Positions 26,597 to 37,911 of a stretch of 64,000 nucleotides of DNA are shown here, piece by piece (the first letter of the stretch is position 1; each line of letters begins with the position of its first letter). The stretch is from Ruditapes philippinarum (lineage: Eukaryota), in contig NW_026862393.1 in NCBI RefSeq assembly GCF_026571515.1, positions 124,001 through 188,000 of the forward strand. The letters run 5' to 3'. The notes under the pieces were generated by a model. That model ran no database searches. It was not told the DNA's origin and worked only from the letters and a program-made list of their open reading frames with translations. The position numbers were made by a program, and so were the translations under genes.

Positions 26597-28488
26597 TAGT
26601 GTTTGAATTTTTAATCTGTCATTTACATACAGATTATACGGTCAATGCACACAATATATTAATCTTCGATAACTGGTAAATTTCTTGAGATGTTCGCAGT
26701 AAGATGTGATTAAATGCAATTTGTTTCTATGAAATAATTATACTGACCGTTATACAGCACAACATGGTGAACTGCAGGTTTATAATATCTAAATGAATTA
26801 CTTGTTGTAAGACCGAGACCGCGTATGTGCATTTTTTTTCCTTATTTATAACTATTTTTAACATACGGTTATTGTATGTTTTAATTTGAATATGAGTTGC
26901 AATTATTTAGGAAAATACTATACATTTTTTAAATAATATGGTTTAAGTATTAATATCTAAATTTCTCTTGGTTCAAAATCAATACATGTCATTTCAGTGC
27001 CGTTAAATACAATACAAAACGATACAATTCAGTGTTTCTAAGATGTTTTACACCCGTGTAGACAACTATGCAAGTACTTGGCCATTTTCATTAAAATATG
27101 CTTCTAAATATAAGGAATGAAAAGGTCTAAAAACAATGTTAATGTAGGTATCGTACCTCAGACCTCTTATATATGAGGTAATCATTCAACCGACTGTGAT
27201 ATTGCGGATGTGACGAGAACATATGTATTATGCTAGTGTAATTTTTCCAAACATTAGTTATATATTTGATATTAATTCTCGTAAACTATACGGACAGAAC
27301 CGACATTGGATTAGATATTAAAATAAGTGCTTTAATGTATTCATTATTGGAAGGTCAATAAAATCAGACTATAGCACCCGATGTTAGTCAAAGCCCGCTT
27401 TCTTGTTTTGGCGCCATATGAAATAAATTTTAATGGTACTGCAGTACGCCGTAAAACAAAACAAAACAGACACAGTTTGAGACAACTCAACTACCAAGAA
27501 ATTACATGCTTTAATGTAACATTGTGAAAGTTAAATCTTGTAAATATATCTTCAAAGATGATAGTAATAAGTTTTGATTATTCACTTTGTATTACCATTA
27601 TATTGAAATAAAACTTTTTTATCCCCACTTATTAGACTATAGTAAGCGTTGTATCTTTAAGATACGTGCATAAAATGAATTTCCTCAAATATAAAACACT
27701 GTTACACTTTTAGTTTTCTTCAAATCTATATCCGTTACTTGCAACAGTGGTTTTTATGAGCATGTAATAACAGCTGAACCTTATAGATTTCAGATAAATA
27801 TCGACATTAGAACAAATGTTACAGCTTGTTATAAATGTAGATGCCACTTGATTGAACATTCAAAACTACAAAATGTATACATGTACATAGAATTTATATA
27901 TTGTTGATGTTCCGACAAAAAACAAGCATTTGAAAATGACAATTGAAACTCGGCATCCTGAAAGATCAAAGCACCGGGAAATTGCTGTAGCAGATTTGTA
28001 ATAAGAAATTACTTTCCCGTAGGTATTTAGAAATTGCTTTCCGTAGAAATTTATTATCTTTTTGTACATTTAATGCCCGGATCTTATCACACTAACTTCC
28101 ATGAAGCTTAAATTTTAATTCAGAAGAAAATAATTTTCTGCCTAAAATCTTGCATCTGTGTTCGCTGATATGATACTGACATTTTCACAAAAAACGACAA
28201 ATTATATCGTAGAGACATCTCACGATAAATCTCCTTTTCACAAAAAATCTTAAGCAAGCTGAAGTGCAAAAGTAATCGAAACTTTACGATAGGTGTTCCA
28301 CGTTTGTGTGATTTTTTTCTCTTAAGAGTAAAATATCATGTATCTTTTATCTAAAAAAAAGATAAAAAAAATGGAATCATATCATCTCTTGAAAAAATAC
28401 TGTTACCCTCGACTACGCCTCTGATACCATGATTTTATTTATGTTGTCTTGATGGAGTATCAATAATACAAATAAATATTTAATAGAA

Positions 28489-29676
28489 ACAAGTGCCGTC
28501 ACAGGAGACAGCCAAGCTCGACTAAAAAAATACTGGACGCAGTAAGGAGGACAAAACTATGAAAGAAAAATCAATTATGTATAATTATGTATCAAGTTAT
28601 AGTAAAAAAATAACATTTGTTAAAATAAATTCCAAGATCAAGGGAAATAATTCTAGAAATAGTCACGCTAGAGTTATGAACCTTGTCACACAACATGTAT
28701 GTAATGATAAGAAGTATATATTTGAAGTTTGAAGTAGATACCTTAAAAAGTAACAAAGTTATAATATTTCTTAAAGAGAATCCTAAGTTCAAAGAGAGAT
28801 AAATCTGTAATAATTACTTCAAAAGTTATGAACATTGTCACATAAAATATAATTGATTATAAGGAATAAGTATTTGAAGTTTGAGGTAGATACCTTTAAA
28901 ACTAAAAAAGTTATAGTAAAAAATAACATTTTTCTAGTAAAAAAATCTAAGTTGATGGGGAGATAATTCTTGCAATATTGGTGCTAGAGTTATGAACCTT
29001 GTCACATAAGATGTTGATGATGATAAGGTACATTTATTTGAAGTATGAAGTTGAACCCATTTAGAAATAAATAAGTTACAGTAAAAAATAATATTTTTTA
29101 AAGAAAATTCTAAGTTCAAAGGGAGATAAATCTGAAAATATTGGTGCTAGAGTAATGAACCTTGTCACATAAGATGGGGATGATGATAAGGTACATATAT
29201 TTGAAGTATGAGGTTGATCCCTTAAGAAATAAAGAAGTTACAGTAAAAAATAGTATTTTTTAAGGAAAATTCTAAGTAAGGGGAGATAAATCTGAAAATA
29301 TTGGTGCTAGAGTTATAAACCTTGTCACATAAGATGGGGATGATGATAAGGTACATATATTTGAAGTATGAGGTTGATCCCTTAAGAAAAAAAGAAGTAA
29401 CAGTAAAAATAGTATTTTTTAAGGAAAATTCTAAGTTCAAGGGAAGATAAATCTGAACATATTGGTGCTAGAGTTATGAACCTTGTCACATCAGATGTGG
29501 TTGATGATAAGGAACATATATTTGATGTTTGAAGTTGATACCTTAAGAAATGACAAAGTTATAGTGAAAAATATTTTACTGCACCAAAACTTTAATCTGA
29601 AATCTGGACGCGAACGCGGACGCCGACGCCGGGGCGAGTAGGACAGCTCTCCATATACTTCGTATAGTCGAGCTAA
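28489..29676 (-). mobile_element. Helentron-associated non-autonomous element (HINE/DINE-like) with about 6 x 160-bp core repeats
   Basis: subTIRs AGCTCGACTA (28515-28524) and TAGTCGAGCT (29665-29674), a terminal stem-loop, and a GACGCC/GACGCG microsatellite near the 5' end. Core period is about 160 bp (29120, 29280, 29440). It is inserted in an A-run with no TSD relative to the empty sites at 11311 and 38101. Confidence 0.9.
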
Positions 29677-31474
29677 AAATGATCAAATGCAATAACAACG
29701 CAATTGTCTTACATCTGATTGATTGAAACTATCAAAATGTCATTCAATAATTATATTAATAACAAGCATAACTATTAACTTTGTGGAAATTGAAGTATAT
29801 CAATATAGCCGAGTAAGGAAATTTGACTGAACGGTAAATCTTTTCTTTATGTCTCTATAGATGATAAAAAGTAATGTATACAATATATCATGATATTTAT
29901 CTATATTATCATTAATATTGCCACAGAACAGAAATAATATTATTATAAAAGCCATTTATATTGATGCGTTTATGTACGTTGAATACAAATCAATGGCAAT
30001 TGTTCTCCTTTATTTTGTTGCAGTCCTACAAAATATATTAATATTTAAACGTGTGTAGATGTAAATTAAAGCTTAAATTAAAACTTTATATTTACAAAAA
30101 TAGTTTGATACACGCTTAATCTGACAGAGTAATGTAACATTTGTTCATATTTATGAAAGATACCTACTTTTTAAAACCAGACAATGTTAATATAAAATGA
30201 AACATGTAGTAGTTTTTTAGGTAAACAATAGTGCAAACTGATAGCATACAAATGAAAAGAATATATAAGAACATTTCAAATATCAAAAAAGTTGCTCTTG
30301 GTAAAACACGTCGTGTATTTTTACACCTGACTTTAATAAGCAAAGAATTTGAAATTAAAGTAAAAGCATCTAAAATGGAATGACGTCATTTTCATCTATC
30401 TATATCTAAACTTCTTGACGATGGAAACGTTACACGCTCTAGGGACATATTATTTCCGTATTGAAGTCATTTAAATGTCGACAGAAATATTACCTGAACG
30501 TTAAATGGATTTTATATTGAATATTACACTTACAATTAATGTAAGAAACATTAATATACGTCGGTCAAGTCGTTGTCATATTTTCTCAAATCACGACGAA
30601 TCATCGACTGCTATTCTTACATGAATCAGGCCACGCAGATATACGTTAACGGGGAGGAAATTATTAAACGAATAAACACACGAGAGCATACGCCGTTGTT
30701 GCACTATTTTAATATGCGCGACTTATGGCGCCATGTCAAAAACGCTTTCTGCGATGACGGTTCCGTTAGTTGCATCAAAATATAACGGTCAAATTACACC
30801 GCACTACCACGAAAAAATAGCAAAGAAACGAGTTTTCTTTTACGACAAAACAACAACTTCATCAACGAAAACAACAAAAATAAACGCGGATTTACAGCAT
30901 CAGTCGTACATGTATGCAAGAATAGCGCTTATGCACCATTTTCGTACAATAAAATCTGCAGAATTCCTAGAAACTTTTCGCGCATTATGCAATGGCACAA
31001 CAGGACGAGAGATTCCATTAAAGCAAAGGGCTTTTACAGATGTTAATGCAAGAAAACGGTGCATTAGTGTTATCGTGAAATACAAATATACGTCCACTTT
31101 GATGATTCAATGTTTCAGGAATTGACTTCTCGTGTAAAGAGAGCAATTTGGCAGTCTTATAACGTGCGAGTATAAATTAAGTATTTAACTCAGAAATTGT
31201 GGTAAAGGATTTCGTATTGCAGTTGAAAAATATAGTGCAGTACCTTCGAAAAGTTCTACAAATCTTTTAAAAGAAGAATAACTTATAAACACAGGATGCT
31301 AAGCTCCGTGACAGATATATTTAATAGTATTTACACATTATGCTTTTTTATTTGACTATAAATATTGATATAAGGATGATTATCTATATGATTGGATACA
31401 TTTCAAATGAAGGATTAATGAAAACGTCCTCTAGATTTCAGACGCCTGCAAGTCTAAAGAAGTGAAATTGATTC

Positions 31475-31984
31475 ATTTGTTTGTTTGTTTGGATTGTTAC
31501 TGCACGTCAGCACACAACTGGCCATATCGTGCCGAATGCTATAATAGGCTTAAAATGTTATGTAATGCTTTGTAAATGACAAAAAAGTGAGTCAATTAGA
31601 TCCTAGAGTACAAGTTTATCTCTTTCAAATAATCAATAATTTTTTTTGATGGAATTGTATTAAATAGTTCTTTGAGTGAGTTTACACGATAAAATCTATT
31701 ACGGGCCTGTGAAAAAATATGACATTCAAGCAGAAAATGTTTGACAGTAAAAATTTTATTACAAGCTTCACAGAAAGGGGCATTGTCATTCGTAAAGAGG
31801 TAAGAGTGGGTAATTTTAGTGTGTCCAATTCGGCATCGAAGAAGAACTATTTGATCATGGAGAGTTGACAGAGATAGAGATGGTGACATATGAAGATATG
31901 GGTTTATATCGTTATGTTTATTAAAAACGGCATTGTTCCAATTTGCTTTCCATTCAGATGATATGAGTTTGTTTATAGCCGGTC
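31475..31984 (-). mobile_element. 5'-truncated non-LTR retrotransposon, I/Nimb-like clade
   Basis: 10-bp TSD AAATTGATTC (31465-31474 and 31985-31994) and a (CAAA)n tail. Absent from units 1 and 3. Confidence 0.9.
31596..31982 (-). pseudogene. LINE ORF2 C-terminal fragment with CCHC zinc knuckle
   Basis: Open frame PAINKLISSEWKANWNNAVFNKHNDINP...LLRCRIGHTKITHSYLF...PFCEACNKIFTVKHFLLEC...IIDYLKEINLYSRI*. The RxRIGH and CxxC-x7-H-x4-C motifs are typical of the post-RNase H region of I-group LINEs. The frame extends upstream of the Met in the ORF track. Confidence 0.9.
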
Positions 31985-34763
31985 AAATTGATTCGTTTTT
32001 GAGGCATCGTGTACCTTAAACCACCACAGTTAACAGTCCTACAGGTGTATGATTTTGTATCTGATTTCTGATAACCTAATAGAAATTTGAAATTTATAAC
32101 AAAGTACTTGCAGTATCTAATATAACCTGACGTAATGAGTATCCAGTTATGTCACGTAAGATTGATTAAATGTCTTTATGATGGAAGCATTACATGCTCT
32201 GTGGACATATTAGTTCCGTACAGAAGTCGTATAAATGCTGCCTGATATATTAAACGGCAGTTGAGCGGATGTCATATTGATAACTGTAAAGTAACAATTA
32301 TTTAAGTAACACAGTTAAAAATATATCTGGTCAACCCGTTGATAATCAATTAAACGTGCAACTTGTTCTTAGATTGCGACTTCTCATACAACTTCTATAA
32401 TTTTGATAATATTTTGTAAAAGAAAACGCATAAGTCATGGGCACCATTATGCAGAAAAGATCGCAAAGCACCTTTTTTAAACGGTGAAATATTTTGACAA
32501 GTTTAAAAGTTATATGCTTATTGTATCGGAAGGTTCATTATGTCCAAAAAGTTGTCTGCCATGTGTTAATAACCTAGCCATAAAAATACCTAGACTAATC
32601 ATACTGTTTAAATCTTAAATTACAAATAAAGAAATTAAAAGAAGTTTGTGATGATAAAACTTTTACATTCTCATCAAAATAGTTCCAACAATTACCCTAA
32701 TATATCTAAACCTTTCTTTTTCATTTATGTAATCAGTCTAAAGGATAGAAAATAATGTATTTTATACTAGTATGCGAATTGAATTGTAATAAAACGTTTT
32801 TACATTCCCATTTCAACAATAATGTACAATAAATAAAACATTTAGGAGTTCATACAATTTTCTATAGTTTATTTATTTTATAACTGAGGAAATGTGGAAT
32901 TTAAGATAATGATAACTTGAATGATAGAAGCTGTTGTTATAGGAAATATTTGGCGAATATTTGTGAACGCACTTATGTAAAGACCATATTCCATTGCTGT
33001 TATTCTAATACATATATTTGTTTGTATTGAAATTCCGCTTCTAAAATAATGCTTTACAGACAATGATCGTTATGGATTGTAGCAACAATCGTTTAAGTAG
33101 CTGAAATTATGATTATAACAGACAACGAAACAACCATCTTTTCAAAGTACGCTTGATAAGAATGAGAATAAAATCAAATATGGATCAAAACTTTAGGTAT
33201 AATAATTGTATTTTAGTATACTGTCACAAGTCGACTAGTTAGGTATTAATGTGCCGTTAAAACCAACCAACCAAACAAATGAATGTTCCGGCTTGAAACA
33301 CATGTGGTACGAACAGCCTTTTTGTACCAAGATTTTTCTAGAGATGAAAATGAAAAAATCATTGGTTTCTCGTAACTTATTGAAATGCATATGTATCTTT
33401 GTTCCATTTCAACATCAAAGTGTTTGAAGTTTGGCCCGTTGTGTTTTTCAAATAGAAAAAAAGAAATGTAGAATCAGCAAAACATGTTGGCGTCGGAAAT
33501 ATGTAGAAAATATATATTTATCTTGCTTTGGAGGAGAATTCAGCCTTCAAAGTAACAGCTAAATCATGTTCTGATTTTCACAGTGATTGTTATACAGTAT
33601 AATCAAACTGGTGTTAAATCCATCTTGAGTTTTCACACATACACACATATGGTGTTTGTAAGTCAGCGAATAAATCAGTCACGTTAAACCTATCGTATAC
33701 AACTTGCTTCGACAAGGCTTTCTACATAAAAGGAAACCAAAATGTGCACGTTTTATGATGATCATGGTATTCCATGTGTTTTGTTTTTTTTGTAAACTTT
33801 TAAGTGTAAAATCCAGCTTGCAATACATATACGTATTTGGTGCGATCATAAAATAACACCTGTTAGCTGGCAGTACATGCACTGAAATTCGTTTTGTTAA
33901 GTGGTTATGGTCCGTATAGTGTTTTGTTATCTTAGACTGTGTATAATGGTACGTTTTACATTTTTCTAAAGTTAGTTTTCAAACTGATTATGACGATACT
34001 AAATCAGCAAATAAGCAAATTTTCTTCTTTTCTTTTATTGTTATTTAACACTTTTAAAAGCATTTAACAAAATAAGCGTAGTTTTCGGATACAAGAAACA
34101 GAAAAAAACAAATAATAGTAACGATAAAAAACAAAGATATTTTAAAAAAAATTCGTTCAAGGTTAGAACAAATTGAATTCCTGCAAGTGGTAAGCCTATA
34201 GCACTGAAGCATTTAAAATGTAATAAGATGAAACATTAAAGTTTGCATGCATCTTTAATTTATTGAAACATCATGATATTGTAATGTTATAAACCAAACA
34301 AGTTTATCCTTTAGAAACTTATTACATCCGTATTGAAGACATAGAAGTGCTTGCAATATCATCTTCAGTAAAATAATATATTACGTACTTTGAGAAAATG
34401 TACTAAACAAACTATACAAAAAAGATTCATGTAAAAGCCTTTATAATTATGAGCCATACGTTCTGCAGTCAACCCGACAGACACACACTATATATATTCT
34501 AATAATAAAACAATATATCATTAGATATATAATTATTAAATGAAATTTGCACTTAGAAACATTTTAAGATTGGACATTTTTCTTTCAAAGTAAATGTTAC
34601 TTACGAGGTCGTTTGTTTGTTATTTTTTGATAAACTGGAGTATATTTTACTCAACAATACAGCACAACATCTCCACGCAATGCGTTCAGAATCAATTAAT
34701 TACATTTTCCTTTGTTTCTTGTCAAAATAATCAAATATACGTATCAATATACCACTAAGATTC

Positions 34764-36165
34764 TGAAGGTTCCATGAAAATCGACGAATGAAAGTATTTG
34801 AGGAAACCTCAAAATTTCACCATTTTCGTGTTTAAATGTTGAATTCTGCTTAAGGGGACCGTTTATGAATAGGCGCACTCAAACCGAGCCTGCAACATAT
34901 TCAATTTTGTCGTTTTGAGCGTTAGGGATTCCATGTTTTCTGTTTTTTATCTAATAATATTTAGACATTAAAATGTTAACAAACAACACACAGATATGGA
35001 AATGTACAGGAATCAGCTGGAGGTAGATGTCACTTAAAAAAGATCTTTACTTAATGTTTATATGTTTACTTTTCTTATAGTTTGTATATGCAATAATGTC
35101 AAGAATTAAAATGCATATGGAACCTGTAAAGATCAGGAACCATTTGCACTGCCATAGAACAGTTTGAATTAACACTGTAAAACTACCCTTGGGAAAAGTG
35201 GCCTACTTTTTAAATTCGTCTTTTGACAGTTTTTCTGTGATATGCAGGCTTAATAATCTTTGATCCCCTTTCAAAATGAAATTTTAATTAGTTCAATTTG
35301 TCATAGTCACAATATTTTCACATTTTTTTATTTTATGTTACCACTGAAAACTTGATATTACACAATACACACATTGTGTGTTTTGCCGTGCTCATATTTT
35401 TCGTACTGTACAACCCTGATAAAGGCATTATATGCCGAATGTGTTTGGACATTTTGTACTTAAAACACTGAAACACACTGCAAAAGTGTATTTCCTTGAT
35501 CAAGGAAACGTTTTAACATGCATGCAACATTCTATTGATGCAGATATAACGAACGGATAACTCACATCATCAGTATTTGTATCATATCAAATGATAAATA
35601 CAGGTGTGCAAAGATAAGAAGAGTAAAACATTAAGAATCTTGATACAGTATTTCATTTTCAGAAAAGTATCAATATTTTAAACTTTTATGTCTCATAATG
35701 TTCTCGTTGTATTTCAATTTATAAAAAGTTCATTCTGTTACTGAGATATAATTTAGACTGCACAAAGCTAAAATTTGTAAAAGATTGCATCTACACTATT
35801 TTATGTTTCCTTTATAACGATCAATATCACTTTAAATTAATTTTGTAAACTATGTTTTCCTGGAGAGGCAATTCATTGCCAAGTGCGTAAATAAAAAGAT
35901 TATCTACGTTTAGCGGGTTAATATTTTATATATGAAATTGCTTTTGTGCTATTTTCAGCATTGTTTATTATTCTTATTAAACAAAATATAGAAAACAGAA
36001 TCCCTAAAGAACGCCCAAAATGACAAAAAATAAACATTTTGCAGGCTCAGTTTGGTTGAGCCTGTTCATGGACAGTACTGGAGACCACACCCCCTGCACC
36101 GGCTAAAGCAGAATTCAACATTTATACTTGAAAATATATAGACCACAGACGTGTTCATACGCCGG
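34764..36165. repeat. Inverted pair of foldback arms in unit 2
   Basis: A minus arm at 34764-34950 and a plus arm at 35983-36165 enclose about 1 kb. Confidence 0.75.
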
Positions 36166-37752
36166 TATTGTGATTTTCATCGCATAATAGACGGGTATGT
36201 AACACAACAGCCTTCAAGATAAAGATTTTAATTTAACATTGTATCTCGGGTTAACATATGTGGCTAAGATTGTATTGTTTGATTTCAATAATATGTCAAT
36301 TACATACAGATTATACGGTCAATGCCCAAAATATATTAATCTCCGATAACTGATCGGTAAATTTCGTGAGATGTTCGCAGTGAGATGTGATTAAATGCAA
36401 TTTGTTTCTATGAAATAATTAAACTGACCGTTATATAGCACAGCATTGTGAACATTTAAATGCATTACTTGTTGTAAGACCGAGACCGTTTATGTCCATG
36501 TTTTTTTCTTATTTATAACTATTTTCAACATACAGTTATTTTATGTTTAATTTTTTATATGATGTGCAATTATTTAGGTAAAAACTTTACATTTTTTATA
36601 TAATATGGTTTAAGAATTAATATCTAAATTTCACTCGTATTAAAATCAATAAATGTCATTTCAGTGCAGTAAAATACAATACAAAACGATACAATTCAGT
36701 GTTTCTAAGATGTTTTATATCCGTATAGACAACTTTGCAAGTAATTGGCAATTTTCATTAATATATGCCTCTAAAAATACGGAAAGAAAAGGTCTAAAAA
36801 CAATGGTAAATGTAGGGATCGGATCTCAGACCTCTAATATATGACTGTTATATTGCAGATGTGACGAGAACATATGTATTATGCTAGTGTAATTTTTCCA
36901 AACATTAGTTATATATTTGATATTAATTCCCTTAAACTATGCGGACAGAACCGAAGTGAAATCAAATATTTATTAATTAATCACGTTGTATGACCACTAT
37001 CTTAGTGGTATGAAACAAACATTTTTATCCCCACGTATTAGAATATATTAAGAGTTATAAGTACGAATTTCATCAAACTTAAAACACCTATAAACTTTGT
37101 GTTTTCTTCATCAATGCGTTTGAAGATTAATTCATAAATCTATATCCGTTATTTACAACATTGGTTTTTATGAGCATGTAAAACAGCTGAACCTTATAGA
37201 TTTCAGATAAATATCGACATTAGAACAAATGTTACAGCTTGTTACATATGTAGATGTCACTAGTTTGAACATTCAAAACTATAAGATGTATACATGTACA
37301 TGGAATTAATATATTGTTGATTTTCCAACAAAGAATAATCATTTGAAAATGACAATAGAAACTCGGCATCCTGAAAGATCAAAGCACCGGGGAATTGCTG
37401 TAGCCGATTTGTAATAAGAAACTGTTTTCCCGTAGGTATTTAGAAATTGCTTTCCGAAGATATTTATTATCTTTTTGTACTTTGCCCGGATCTAATCACA
37501 CTAACTTCCATGAAGTTTAAATTTTAATTAAAAAAAATATTTTCTGCATCTGTGTTCGCTGATATAATTTTTAAATATTGATCTGCAGACATTTTCACAA
37601 AAAAAGAACACACAAACTTAAAACAAATTTTTATCGTAAGAAAAATCTCACGATAAATCTCCTTTTCACAAAACATCTTAAGCAAAACTGAAATGCAAAA
37701 TCAATCGTAACTTTATGATAGGTGTTCCACGTTTGTGTGACTTTTTTCTCTT

Positions 37753-37911
37753 AACAGTAAAATATCATGTTTCTTTTATCTAAACAAAATAAATAATGGA
37801 AACATATCATCCCTTGAAAAAATTATGTTACCCTCGGCTACGCCTCAGGTAACAGTATTTTCCTCGTGATGATATTTTTACTGTTACCCACAAACCAATG
37901 TGTTAATTATA
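37753..37911. mobile_element. Palindromic terminus of a Crypton-like element at the unit 2/3 junction (truncated paralogue at 28325-28430)
   Basis: Nested inverted repeats AACAGTAAAATATCAT...TGTTACCCTCGGCTACGCCTCAGGTAACA...ATGATATTTTTACTGTT ending in TATATA, the same style as 7926-8086. Confidence 0.45.

Larger units (their letters stand above)
11121..28430 (+). repeat. Tandem segmental duplication, unit 1 (expanded by private insertions)
   Basis: Starts AATGTTAATAAGACTTATTCCCCTT, the same as about 37912. Colinear blocks match units 2 and 3, for example 17430/30588/39086, 20040/32885/41475 and 27870/37280/47370. Private inserts lie at about 11757-15063, 15368-17216 and 25116-26596. Confidence 0.9.
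28431..37911 (+). repeat. Tandem segmental duplication, unit 2
   Basis: Colinear with units 1 and 3. It has a private HINE (28489-29676), a private LINE (31475-31984) and a deletion of about 750 bp at about 31450. Confidence 0.9.
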
